NCBI GenBank assembly: GCA_050485365.1
Contig: JBJHBH010000002.1
Span: 1,788 to 65,787, forward strand
Length of the DNA stretch: 64,000 nt
Direction of reading: 5' to 3'
Source of the DNA: Desulfuromonadales bacterium
GTDB taxonomy: Bacteria > Desulfobacterota > Desulfuromonadia > Desulfuromonadales > JACZKF01
The notes beneath the pieces are model-generated. The model searched no databases, was not told the origin of the DNA, and saw nothing but the letters and a program-made list of their open reading frames with translations. Position 1 is the stretch's first letter. Each line of letters begins with the position of its first letter. A program made the translations under genes and the position numbers. This document shows, piece by piece, positions 20,986 to 29,406 of the stretch.

Positions 20986-22587
20986 TCAGTGCCTCGGCAC
21001 CTTCATATGCACCGCCTTGATGAAGTGGGCGCCGACGGCTTCTTCGATCTTGCGGACCGTCTCGTCGTCGGCCGGGGTGTCGAGGGAGAGGACGACCATC
21101 GCCTCGCCCGCCTTTGAGCGGCGCCCCAGGTTCATCGAGCCGATATTGACGTTGGCGTCGCCGAGGATCGTTCCGATGCGACCGATGAGCCCCGGACGGT
21201 CGGGGTAGCTCAGTACGAGCATGTGCTCCTCGGGTTGGAAATCGGTGAGGAAATCGCGCATCTTGACGATTTTCGGGATCCCCTCGAAGAGGGTCCCGGC
21301 GACGATGCGGTTCCCCTCCGGGGTGCTCAGGATGATGGTGACGAGGTTGGAGAACGACTCGGACTCGGTGTTGCGCACCTCTTCGATCTCCATCCCGCGG
21401 CTCTCGGCCACCAGGCGCGCGTTGACCATGTTGACCTCCTGCTCGGTGTAGCGGTTGAGCAGGGCGGCAAGTCCCGCCACCGTCAGCGGGGCGCAGTCGT
21501 AGCGCGCCAGCTTTCCGTTGTAGCAGAAGCTGACCTTGTTGGCGTGGGAGGGCGCGAGCTGGGAGATGAACTCCCCCATCTGGCCGATGAGCTCCATGAA
21601 AGGCTTCATGTGCTCCATGAGGTCGGGGTCGAAGCGGGGGATGTTCACCGCGTTCTCCATGGGGCGGCCGTCGAGATAGTTGACGATCTCGCGGCTGACG
21701 TCGACCGCCACGTTCTTTTGCGCCTCGAAGGTGTTGGCGCCCAGGTGCGGCGTGACGATCATGCGGGGGTGGTCGATGAGCCTGCGCAGCACCTCCGAGG
21801 CCGGCGGCTCTTCGCTGAAGACGTCGAAGGCGGCCCCTCCGACCTTGCCGCTTTCGAGGGCCTCGAGCATGGAGGGCTCGTCGATGATCCCGCCGCGGGC
21901 GCAGTTGACGATCAGCACGCCGTCCTTCATCCCCTGGAAATGCTCCGTGTTCAGCATCCCGCGCGTCTCGTCGTTGAGGGGGGTGTGGATGGAGACGACG
22001 TCGGCGAAGCGCACGATCTCTTCGAGGGAGACGAGCTTCACCCCCAGATCTTCGGCGCGCTTCTCGGGGATGTAGGGGTCGTAGGCGAGGACCTCCATCT
22101 CGAAGGCCTTCGCCCGCCAGGCGACCCTGCCGCCGACCTTGCCGAGGCCGATGATCCCCATCGTCCTGCCCTTGAGCTCGTATCCGGTGAAGGGGGCGCG
22201 CTTCCACTCCCCCGCCTTGAGGCTGGCGTTGGCCGTCGTGACATTGCGGCACAGCGTCAGCAGGATCGCCATGGTGTGCTCGGCCGCCGAATTGGTGTTG
22301 CCGAAGGGGGCGTTGACGACGATGATCCCCTTGTTGCTGGCGTATTCGACGTCGACGTTGTCGATGCCGACGCCGGCGCGGGCGATGATCCTCAGGTTGG
22401 TCGCATGATCGATCAGGGGCGCGTCGACGCGGGTGCCGCTTCGGGTGATGATGGCGTCGTAGCCGCCGATGATTTCGTGCAGCTCCGGCGCCGAGAGGCC
22501 CAGACGGATGTCGATGTCGATACGGGGGTCGTCAAGAAGGGGCTGGAGCCCTTCCTGGGAGATTTCGTCGCTGATGAGGACCTTCAT
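20986..22587 (-). CDS. serA: D-3-phosphoglycerate dehydrogenase (long form with ASB and ACT domains)
   Basis: 533 aa. 'GIIGLGKVGGRVA' NAD-binding loop, 'NCARGGIID', 'TPHLGA', C-terminal ACT-like region. Confidence 0.95.
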   Translation of the reverse strand: MKVLISDEISQEGLQPLLDDPRIDIDIRLGLSAPELHEIIGGYDAIITRSGTRVDAPLIDHATNLRIIARAGVGIDNVDVEYASNKGIIVVNAPFGNTNSAAEHTMAILLTLCRNVTTANASLKAGEWKRAPFTGYELKGRTMGIIGLGKVGGRVAWRAKAFEMEVLAYDPYIPEKRAEDLGVKLVSLEEIVRFADVVSIHTPLNDETRGMLNTEHFQGMKDGVLIVNCARGGIIDEPSMLEALESGKVGGAAFDVFSEEPPASEVLRRLIDHPRMIVTPHLGANTFEAQKNVAVDVSREIVNYLDGRPMENAVNIPRFDPDLMEHMKPFMELIGQMGEFISQLAPSHANKVSFCYNGKLARYDCAPLTVAGLAALLNRYTEQEVNMVNARLVAESRGMEIEEVRNTESESFSNLVTIILSTPEGNRIVAGTLFEGIPKIVKMRDFLTDFQPEEHMLVLSYPDRPGLIGRIGTILGDANVNIGSMNLGRRSKAGEAMVVLSLDTPADDETVRKIEEAVGAHFIKAVHMKVPRH

Positions 22588-22650
22588 GCGCGCTCCTTGA
22601 AGCCGGAAGTCTCGCCGGGTGCGGCCATAGCCGGGGCGGTCAAAAGGGGG

Positions 22651-22679
22651 ATATTAGACCGGTTCCCCGCGCATGTCAA
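22651..22679 (-). promoter_or_regulatory. Sigma-70 promoter for serA
   Basis: Minus strand reads 'TTGACA'-17 nt-'TAATAT'. It is about 60 nt upstream of the serA ATG and immediately after a 24-nt GC palindrome (22680-22703). Confidence 0.65.
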
Positions 22680-22713
22680 CGCCCGCGGCGTGCGCCGCGG
22701 GCGTATACGGCCT

Positions 22714-22983
22714 CTATTTGACCACCTTGAGAAAATCCCTCTTTTCGGCAGGCTTCTGCTCACAGGGCGCCTGCTGCGGGGCCGAAGGGGCGGGCGCCTC
22801 GCCGAGGTTCGGAAGAGTACCGGCTTCGATCATGCGCGCGACCGCCTCGGCGATGCTCAGGCACTGCTTCATGCAGACGCGCCGCGCGGAGCAGGTGGAG
22901 CAGTCGGCCTCGCCGCCGGCAGCGCGCAGGGCGTGCACGACGAGCTCGACGCTTTCGATCTGGTTCAGGGGGATGAGGAACAT
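22714..22983 (-). CDS. Small Cys-rich protein (CX2CX5CX3C), unknown function
   Basis: Start at ATG 22983 with 'gagg' 7 nt upstream. 89 aa. 'GEADCSTCSARRVCMKQC' followed by a Pro/Ala-rich tail. Confidence 0.5.
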   Translation of the reverse strand: MFLIPLNQIESVELVVHALRAAGGEADCSTCSARRVCMKQCLSIAEAVARMIEAGTLPNLGEAPAPSAPQQAPCEQKPAEKRDFLKVVK

Positions 22984-23226
22984 GTGAAACCTCGTGGCGC
23001 GGGCCGCGACATACGGGACGCGCAAAAGCAAATCTCGATCAGCACCAACCTTCCGCAACAACAAGGGGGATTTGCCTGAGATTGCGGAATGGAAATCCCC
23101 CCTGCCCCCCTTTTCAAAGGGGGATTGCTTTGCGGAAAGACTCGTTCTATCCAAGGAAGCATAATGCTCTTGAATTTTACTGTCCAGGTTTTCGCGTCCC
23201 GCATTCCGCGTCCCGCGCCCCCGGAA

Positions 23227-24246
23227 TCATACCCTCTTCCCCGCGACTTCCGCGAATTTGCGCACCTTCTCCATGACGGCGGCGAAGTCGGCGGGGCGCA
23301 GCGACTGGGGGCCGTCGCTGGACGCCTTCTCGGGACAGGGGTGGACCTCGACGATGAGGCCGTCGGCCCCGGCGGCCACCGCCGCGTAGCACATGGAGGG
23401 GACCAAGGAGGCGTGTCCGGTGGCGTGGGACGGATCGATGACCACCGGAAGGTGCGTCTGCTCCTTGAGGACGGGGACGGCCGAGATGTCGAGAGTGTTG
23501 CGGGTGGCGGTCTCGAAGGTGCGGATGCCGCGCTCGCACAGGATGACCCGGCGATTCCCCTCCGACAGGATGTACTCGGCGCTCATCAGAAATTCCTGGA
23601 TGGTGGTCGCCATCCCGCGTTTGAGAAGGACCGGCTTGTCGAGCTGACCGAGCATCTTCAAGAGGGCGAAGTTCTGTACGTTGCGCGCCCCGACCTGCAT
23701 GATGTCGGCGTAGCGGGCGACGAGCTCGACGTCGCGGGGGTTGACGACCTCGGTGATGATCGGAAGCCCCGTCTCCTGCCGCGCCAGGGCGAGGAGCTTG
23801 AGCCCCTCCTCTTCCATCCCCTGGAACGAGTAGGGGCTGGTGCGCGGCTTGAACGCGCCGCCGCGCAGAATCCGCGCGCCTGCGGCCTTCACCGCCCGCG
23901 CGGTGTCCACGATCTGCTCTTCGCTCTCCACCGAGCAGGGGCCGGCCATGACGAGGAGGTCGTCCCCTCCGATGGAGATCTCGGAGTTGATCTCCACCAC
24001 GCTCGGCTGGGGCTTGACTTCACGGCTCGCCAGCTTGTACGGCTTGAGGATGGGGACGACGTTCTCGACGCCGGGCATCGACTCCAGAGAATGCAGCACG
24101 GTCTTGCCCCGCTCGTCGCCCACGGCGCCGACGACGTCGCGCGTCTCTCCGTGAATGACGTGGGGCTTGTAGCCCAGCTCACGGATACGTTTTTTCACCT
24201 CGGCCAGCTCTTCCTTGCTCGCTCCCTGCTTCATGACGATGATCAT
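23227..24246 (-). CDS. 3-deoxy-7-phosphoheptulonate (DAHP) synthase, type I-beta with N-terminal ferredoxin-like regulatory domain
   Basis: 339 aa. 'MAGPCSVES', '[18 protein letters not shown]', 'KRG', 'DPSHATG'. The N-terminal ~70 aa '[14 protein letters not shown]..' resembles the Thermotoga-type regulatory domain. Confidence 0.9.
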   Translation of the reverse strand: MIIVMKQGASKEELAEVKKRIRELGYKPHVIHGETRDVVGAVGDERGKTVLHSLESMPGVENVVPILKPYKLASREVKPQPSVVEINSEISIGGDDLLVMAGPCSVESEEQIVDTARAVKAAGARILRGGAFKPRTSPYSFQGMEEEGLKLLALARQETGLPIITEVVNPRDVELVARYADIMQVGARNVQNFALLKMLGQLDKPVLLKRGMATTIQEFLMSAEYILSEGNRRVILCERGIRTFETATRNTLDISAVPVLKEQTHLPVVIDPSHATGHASLVPSMCYAAVAAGADGLIVEVHPCPEKASSDGPQSLRPADFAAVMEKVRKFAEVAGKRV

Positions 24247-24283
24247 CGCTTCGGCTCTCCTTGGTTGTGATCGCTCTAAAGTC

Positions 24284-24319
24284 GAAAAAGGCCGCCCGGG
24301 TTCTTCTCCCGGCGGCCTC
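24284..24319 (-). terminator. Rho-independent terminator (proximal to the DAHP synthase start)
   Basis: Minus strand 'aggccgccggg-agaagaa-cccgggcggcct' followed by 'ttttt'. Ends 37 nt before the DAHP synthase ATG. Confidence 0.75.
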
Positions 24320-24330
24320 TTTCATCGATC

Positions 24331-24380
24331 ACAAAAAATGAAAAAACCGTGGGGAGAGCCGGATCGGTCCACCCACGGTT
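24331..24380 (-). terminator. Rho-independent terminator (distal, first met after otsA)
   Basis: Minus strand 'aaccgtgggt...ccccacggtt' followed by 'ttttttcatttttt'. Confidence 0.7.
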
Positions 24381-24573
24381 ATCGGTCTTCTCGTCCTTCG
24401 GTCGTTACGCCGACAGACCTTCACCCCGGGCAGACGGCCGAAAATAAAAACCGTACCAGAAGGAAAAGTCAAAAAAGAAGGCGTAGAAAAGGCGCATCGC
24501 TCAGCTTTCGAAGGAGTATCTTCGATCCTTCTAGCAGATCGACAAACAAATGGCAAGCGAAAGATATCGTCTC

Positions 24574-26016
24574 TCACTGCCCCCCCGAGTCGGACATCGT
24601 CCCCACGAAGCGCTGTACCCAGTGGTGGACGTCGTTGCGCCGTAGATCTCCCTGCAGCCTCTCCATGCGGGCGCGCCTCTCCTCGGGCGCCATGGTGAAG
24701 GCGCGCCGGATGGCGTCGGCCATGCCGTCGACGTCGTAGGGGTTGACCAGCAGCGCATCGTGCCGCATGCGGTCGGCCGCCCCGGCGAACTCGCTCAAAA
24801 TCAGCACGTTGTTCAGATCGACGGCGCTGGCGCAGTACTCCTTGGCCACCAGATTCATCCCGTCGCGCAAGGGGGTGATGAGGGCGATCTCGCTGGTGCG
24901 GTAGTGGGCCAGCAGTTGCGTGCGGTCCAGCGAGCGAAAGACGTAGAGGATCGGCACCCATCCGGGCTCGGAGAAACGTGCGTTGATGCGCCCGGCGGTC
25001 TGGTCGAGGGTCTCCTTGAGGATCTGGTACTCGGGGACGAGGGTGCGGCTCGGCACAACGACCTGCAGCAGGCTGATCTGACGGCGCAGCTCGGGGTATT
25101 TCTCGAGGGCGCGCTCGAAGCCGAGGAACCTCTCCGGTATCCCCTTGGTGTAATCGAGGCGATCGATGCCCAGAACGAGTTTTTTCCCCTCGAGGTTCTC
25201 GTGCAGATACCAGGCGGCCTCGGCCACCTCCTTCGAGCGGGCCGCTTCGTTGAACTCGGCGTAATCGATGCTGATCGGAAAGTGTCCCACCCGAACGGTG
25301 CGCCCGCCGCAGCGCAGCAGCGTGAACTGGCGCTGGCGGCTGATGACTTCCACCTCGGGAAGAAGCGCCGTGACGCAGCCGACGAAGTTGCGCCGGTCGC
25401 GCAGGGTCTGAAAGCCGATGAGATCGTAGGCCATCATGGCGCGGATGATCTCCTGCTTCCACGGCAGGCGCCGAAAAAGATCGAGAGAGGGGAAGGGGAT
25501 GTGCAGGAAGAAGGCGAGGGGGCGTTGCACCCCCATCTGCCGCAGATGCTCACCGGTGAGCAGAAGCTGGTAGTCGTGAATCCAGACCAGGTCGTCGGGG
25601 GAGGCCGCCTGCGCCACCGCTTCGGCGAAGTGGTGGTTCACCTCCCGGTAGGTGAGCCAGTTTTCGCGGTTGAAGCTGCAGTGGCCGAGCAGGTCGTGAA
25701 ACAGGGGCCAGAGCGTCTCGTTGGAGAAGCCCTGGTAGTACTTCTCCACCTCCTCGTCGCTGATCGCGACGGCGCGCAGCTGATAGCCGCGCTCCTTGCC
25801 GAAGCGCTCGAAAAGCGCCTCCAGGGGGACTTCGCCGCCGGACCCCGCCCAGCCGATCCACAGCCCCCGGTCGCGCTTCATCACCGGCGCCAGCGCCGTG
25901 ACGAGACCGCCGCTTCCCGGCTCGATGCGCCACTCGTCCCCCTCCTGCGAGATCACCACCGGAAGTCGGTTCGACACGACGATCAGGCGCTTTTTCCCCG
26001 TTGCACTTTCGTCCAT
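24574..26016 (-). CDS. otsA: Alpha,alpha-trehalose-phosphate synthase (GT20)
   Basis: Start at ATG 26016 after 'aaggaggagg'. 'LIVVSNRLP', 'WIHDYQLLL', 'GIDRLDYTKGI', 'LVNPYD'. Confidence 0.9.
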   Translation of the reverse strand: MDESATGKKRLIVVSNRLPVVISQEGDEWRIEPGSGGLVTALAPVMKRDRGLWIGWAGSGGEVPLEALFERFGKERGYQLRAVAISDEEVEKYYQGFSNETLWPLFHDLLGHCSFNRENWLTYREVNHHFAEAVAQAASPDDLVWIHDYQLLLTGEHLRQMGVQRPLAFFLHIPFPSLDLFRRLPWKQEIIRAMMAYDLIGFQTLRDRRNFVGCVTALLPEVEVISRQRQFTLLRCGGRTVRVGHFPISIDYAEFNEAARSKEVAEAAWYLHENLEGKKLVLGIDRLDYTKGIPERFLGFERALEKYPELRRQISLLQVVVPSRTLVPEYQILKETLDQTAGRINARFSEPGWVPILYVFRSLDRTQLLAHYRTSEIALITPLRDGMNLVAKEYCASAVDLNNVLILSEFAGAADRMRHDALLVNPYDVDGMADAIRRAFTMAPEERRARMERLQGDLRRNDVHHWVQRFVGTMSDSGGQ

Positions 26017-26099
26017 ACCGATCCTCCTCCTTCTCGCCGCATCGCACGGCAATCGCCCGAATTACAACGATGAGAGGAAAAAGTATAGCAAAGCCACCA

Positions 26100-26951
26100 T
26101 CAGCCGCAAACGGCTCCGGCAGCCGCGTCCGCCTCGAGGTGTTTGTACCAGATGTTCATGCACTCGAGGCTTCCGGAGATCTGGGTGTTTTGCGTGAGGG
26201 TCCCTCCGTAGCGGTAGCCGCGCTTGGCGAAGGTCAGATTCATGCCGAAGGAAACGGCGCGGGCGATGGTGTAGACGGTGGGGATCCGCCGAAGGCGCAT
26301 CTCCCGCTCCATCGCCGCCAGCAACGCCGTCGCCAGCCCCCCGCCGCGATGCTGCGGGTCGGTGGCGAAGTCGGTCATCTCGGCGCTGCGGGCGCCCGGA
26401 TCGATCTCGGCCGAGGCCAGGGCGATGGGCGCCCCCCCCTTCCAGATGCCGAAGTAGACGACGTTCTCCTCCATCGTTTGGCGCAGATACGCGGGGTCGT
26501 GGATTGGGAAGGGATAGCTGTCGAAGACCCGGCGGTACAGAGCCGCCATCGCCTCGGCGTCCTGCGCCGTCGCCTTGCGGCAGGGGGTGTCCATCGGCGC
26601 GGGCTCGGCGGGGCGCTTGCGGGCGGCGGCGAGAACCTGGGCGACGGTTTCGGGATGCTGCGCGCGGCGACGATCGGGACAGAGGTATTTCGCCATGAAG
26701 ACGACATCCTCCTCGCCGCGGTAATAGCGCGGGACGCTCCCCTCGGGCCGAAAGCCCGCCTCGGCGAAGCAGTCGCCGGCCCCTTCGGGCACCTTGGCGA
26801 TGATCTTTGAATACCCCCTTTGCCTGGCGAGCTCTTCGAGCCGCTCGGCCACCGCCGACGGATCGCCGCCGAGCTTCAGCAGATAGGCGCGGTCGTTGGC
26901 CGGTCCGTGGTGAACCAGAGAGCCCGCCAGCTCGACGATTTGGTCGCTCAC
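26100..26951 (-). CDS. ablB: Beta-lysine N6-acetyltransferase-like GNAT protein
   Basis: GTG start 26951 forms a GTGA overlap with the ablA stop; RBS 'ggaggg'. GNAT motif '[12 protein letters not shown]'. The ~284 aa size and position after a lysine 2,3-aminomutase match the abl operon layout. Confidence 0.75.
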   Translation of the reverse strand: MSDQIVELAGSLVHHGPANDRAYLLKLGGDPSAVAERLEELARQRGYSKIIAKVPEGAGDCFAEAGFRPEGSVPRYYRGEEDVVFMAKYLCPDRRRAQHPETVAQVLAAARKRPAEPAPMDTPCRKATAQDAEAMAALYRRVFDSYPFPIHDPAYLRQTMEENVVYFGIWKGGAPIALASAEIDPGARSAEMTDFATDPQHRGGGLATALLAAMEREMRLRRIPTVYTIARAVSFGMNLTFAKRGYRYGGTLTQNTQISGSLECMNIWYKHLEADAAAGAVCG

Positions 26952-28258
26952 GACGCCCTCCGCTCGAAACGCTCGTTCTGCGCCGGCGTGAGGGAGTCGA
27001 CCTCGTCGGCGTCGCACAGAAGGCGCGAAATCCCCACCGAGGTGAACTCCTCGCCTTCTCTCAGGTCGAGCTGCAGGCGGCAGTCGCTGCAGTTGCGGTC
27101 GCAGAAGACCGGCTCGTAGGCGTCGGGCTCCTTGTAGGTGGTGATCACCCCCTCGTAGTTGCGCAGCACCACCTTGTTGGTCGACCACGAAATGAGGTAG
27201 CTCGGCATCACAGGAATCTTGCCGCCGCCGTGGGGGGCGTCGATGACGTAGGTCGGCACGGCGAAGCCACTGGTGTGGCCGATGAGGCTCTCCATGATCT
27301 CGATCCCCTTGCCCACGGGAGTCCGGAAGTGGGAGAGCCCCTCCGAAAGATCGCACTGGTACATGTAGTAGGGGCGGATGCGGTTCTGGACGAGCTTGTG
27401 CACCAGGGTCTTCATGATGCGCGGGCAGTCGTTGATCCCCGAGAGCAGGACCGACTGGTTCCCCAGCGGGATGCCGGCGTCGGCCAGCATGGCGATTGCC
27501 TCGCGCGAGCTGGCGGTGATCTCCCGCGGGTGATTGAAGTGGGTGTTGATCCAGATCGGATGATGCTTCTTCAGCACCGACACCAGATTGTCCGTGATCC
27601 GGTACGGCAGCACCACCGGGGTGCGCGTCCCGATGCGGATGACCTCCACATGGGGGATGGCGCGCAGCTCGCCCAGAATCCAGTCGATGTAGTCATCCTC
27701 CAGCAGAAACGGGTCGCCGCCGGACAAAAGGACGTCGCGCACGCCGGGCGTGTTGCGGATGTAGTCGATCCCCCGCAGGATCGCCTCGCGCCCCGAGACG
27801 TGATCGACGTCGCCCACCTTGCGCTTGCGGGTGCAGTGCCGACAGTACATGGCGCACACGTTGCTCACATGCAGCAGAACCCGATCGGGATAGCGGTGCG
27901 TCACCCCCGGCACGGGGCTGTCCTTGTCCTCGGCGAGGGGATCGGCCATATCGGTCGGCTGCACGATGAGCTCGTCGGGCGAGGGGAACGACTGCTTGAA
28001 GATGGGATCTTCGAGGTAGTTGGCCGTGTCGATGAGAGATAGATAATATGGCGTGATCGAGAGGGGGAATTTCTCCAGCGTCTGCTCCAGAACCTTGCGC
28101 TCCTTCTCGTCGAAGCGGATATCGAGCAGGCTCTCGAATTTCGCCAAGGTTCTCACCGAATGCCGAAGCTGCCACTTCCAGTCTTTCCATTGAGAAAGCA
28201 AAACGTTCGGCTCGACTTTCGATGCGATGCTGCGTTGCTTCTCACTGTAGATCGTCAA
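26948..28258 (-). CDS. ablA: Lysine 2,3-aminomutase (radical SAM, PLP)
   Basis: '[12 protein letters not shown]' (CX3CX2C), 'SGGDPFLL', '[12 protein letters not shown]'; 436 aa. Confidence 0.9.
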   Translation of the reverse strand: MTIYSEKQRSIASKVEPNVLLSQWKDWKWQLRHSVRTLAKFESLLDIRFDEKERKVLEQTLEKFPLSITPYYLSLIDTANYLEDPIFKQSFPSPDELIVQPTDMADPLAEDKDSPVPGVTHRYPDRVLLHVSNVCAMYCRHCTRKRKVGDVDHVSGREAILRGIDYIRNTPGVRDVLLSGGDPFLLEDDYIDWILGELRAIPHVEVIRIGTRTPVVLPYRITDNLVSVLKKHHPIWINTHFNHPREITASSREAIAMLADAGIPLGNQSVLLSGINDCPRIMKTLVHKLVQNRIRPYYMYQCDLSEGLSHFRTPVGKGIEIMESLIGHTSGFAVPTYVIDAPHGGGKIPVMPSYLISWSTNKVVLRNYEGVITTYKEPDAYEPVFCDRNCSDCRLQLDLREGEEFTSVGISRLLCDADEVDSLTPAQNERFERRAS

Positions 28259-28500
28259 AACGTCACTCCTTGTATTTTTGAATCCACTCTAAATAGATTC
28301 AAGAAATGTTCTGCGAAAAATATCTTACGAGGCTAGCAACATCACACTTCGATGTCAACCCTTTGGGCCAGATAGAGAACTCCCAGCGTGCATGATCTAC
28401 CGATATTCTGCGCTGAAATTTGACGAAGTTTCACTGAAAGAATCACGCCATCGAGCCCGAAACGCCCACGAAGTCTGCCGAGAAAAAAGGAAATTTCCCC

Positions 28501-28529
28501 TTGACACCCGTGGGCGCTTCCTCTATAAA
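28501..28529 (+). promoter_or_regulatory. Sigma-70 promoter for tRNA-Phe
   Basis: 'TTGACA'-17 nt-'TATAAA', ending 15 nt before the tRNA 5' end. Confidence 0.7.
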
Positions 28530-28543
28530 GTTGATTCGATTTT

Positions 28544-28619
28544 GCCCAGATAGCTCAGTCGGTAGAGCAGTGGACTGAAAATCCACGTGTCGCTGGTTCG
28601 ATTCCGGCTCTGGGCACCA
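28544..28619 (+). tRNA. tRNA-Phe (anticodon GAA), CCA encoded
   Basis: Manual cloverleaf. Acceptor 'gcccaga'/'tctgggc'. D stem 'gctc'/'gagc'. Anticodon stem 'gtgga'/'tccac' with loop 'ctGAAaa'. T arm 'gctgg-ttcgatt-ccggc'. 3' 'acca'. Confidence 0.95.
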
Positions 28620-28625
28620 TACAAG

Positions 28626-28670
28626 AAAAAAGGGATCAGCCTGTTTTTAGGCCGATCCCTTTTTCTTTTT
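28626..28670. terminator. Bidirectional terminator after tRNA-Phe and the convergent small ORF
   Basis: 'aaaaaagggatcagcc-tgttttta-ggccgatcccttttt', with A and T runs on both sides. Confidence 0.75.
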
Positions 28671-28692
28671 CTCCCCCCACCCTCGCCTCAGC

Positions 28693-28851
28693 TCAACGCC
28701 GCACCGGCGCTTCCTCCCCTTCTCTGTCGGCGGCCCCGGCGTCTTTGGCGACCTCCGTCTCGCGCACCTTCTTCGTTCCCTCTTCCTGCGGCGGAACCGG
28801 CCGGCTCGAGCGGATCGTGGGACGGCCGATGTCGTGGATCGTGGGTTCCAT
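28693..28851 (-). CDS. Possible 52-aa charged small protein
   Basis: ATG 28851 preceded by 'aaaggagcgaacgag'. High GC3. Ends just before the bidirectional terminator. No homology recognised. Confidence 0.4.
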   Translation of the reverse strand: MEPTIHDIGRPTIRSSRPVPPQEEGTKKVRETEVAKDAGAADREGEEAPVRR

Positions 28852-29068
28852 CTCGTTCGCTCCTTTCCGGTTTGGGAGTTCGCATCCAAATCCTGATCTG
28901 ACGAAGTACAACACCCGTGCCAATCCAATTTCGTTAATGATATGTCGCACTTCGATTCGCCCCTTCTGGCGCTGTAAACTTTTGCGACGCGCACGCAGCG
29001 GTCTTTACAGCGAAGCCGCGAATGCTAGTCTTTATTCTGAATACGAACGCATGAAAGGAGGATGTGAA

Positions 29069-29287
29069 ATGACGTACGGAGACGAGCGCATCTACAAGAA
29101 GGTCGAGGTGATCGGGATTTCGCCCAAAAGCATCGAGGACGCCATCGCCCGGGCGGTCAAAAAGGCGAGCCAGTCGCTGGAGGGGCTCTCGTGGTTCGAG
29201 GTGGGCGACATCCGCGGCCACATCGGCGAGGGGGGGGAGGTGACCGAGTATCAGGTGGTGCTGAAGGTTTCGTTCGTGGTGAAGTGA
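29069..29287 (+). CDS. Dodecin-family flavin-binding protein
   Basis: 72 aa. 'YKKVEVIGISPKSIEDAIARAVKKASQSLEGLSWFEVGDIRGHI..GEVTEYQVVLKVSF' matches the dodecin pattern. RBS 'aaaggagga'. Confidence 0.8.
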   Translation: MTYGDERIYKKVEVIGISPKSIEDAIARAVKKASQSLEGLSWFEVGDIRGHIGEGGEVTEYQVVLKVSFVVK

Positions 29288-29332
29288 TCGTTTAGAAGCA
29301 GCAGGATCAGGCTGAAGGCCGAAGGTTTGTAG

Positions 29333-29352
29333 GGGCGCAATTCATTGCGCCC
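29333..29352. other. GC hairpin between convergent dodecin and tauE-like genes
   Basis: 'gggcgcaa-ttca-ttgcgccc' perfect stem; no U-tract. Confidence 0.45.
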
Positions 29353-29406
29353 TGTGACTGAATGCGCCGATCCGGCCGAACTGATTCAACATCCTGATTC
29401 AGTCTC

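Noticed and set aside
24365-24374. 'GGGTGGACCG' on the minus strand resembling the T-box core (GGGUGGNACCGCG)
   Set aside because: It is one nucleotide short of the consensus. It sits in the terminator 5' arm and loop rather than in an antiterminator bulge. I could not find Stem I features (K-turn, AGAGA box, specifier loop). A covariance-model scan with RF00230 would settle it.
24323-24437. Phe-rich 'leader peptides' in the DAHP synthase leader (..RFFHFL* and [16 protein letters not shown]..)
   Set aside because: The Phe codons are simply the terminator T-tracts read as TTT/TTC. Neither frame has an RBS, the first lacks a credible start, and the second runs out of frame into the DAHP synthase gene.
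26952-27356. N-terminal 135-codon extension of the ablB ORF overlapping ablA
   Set aside because: The extension lies wholly inside the ablA coding frame and translates to Arg/Gly-rich junk. The GTG at 26951 has an RBS and classic stop/start coupling. Similar upstream extensions of the track ORFs were trimmed at 3209, 17835, 19061, 23154, 26052, 30420, 31908, 39612, 43911, 44519, 53916, 55604 and 56512.
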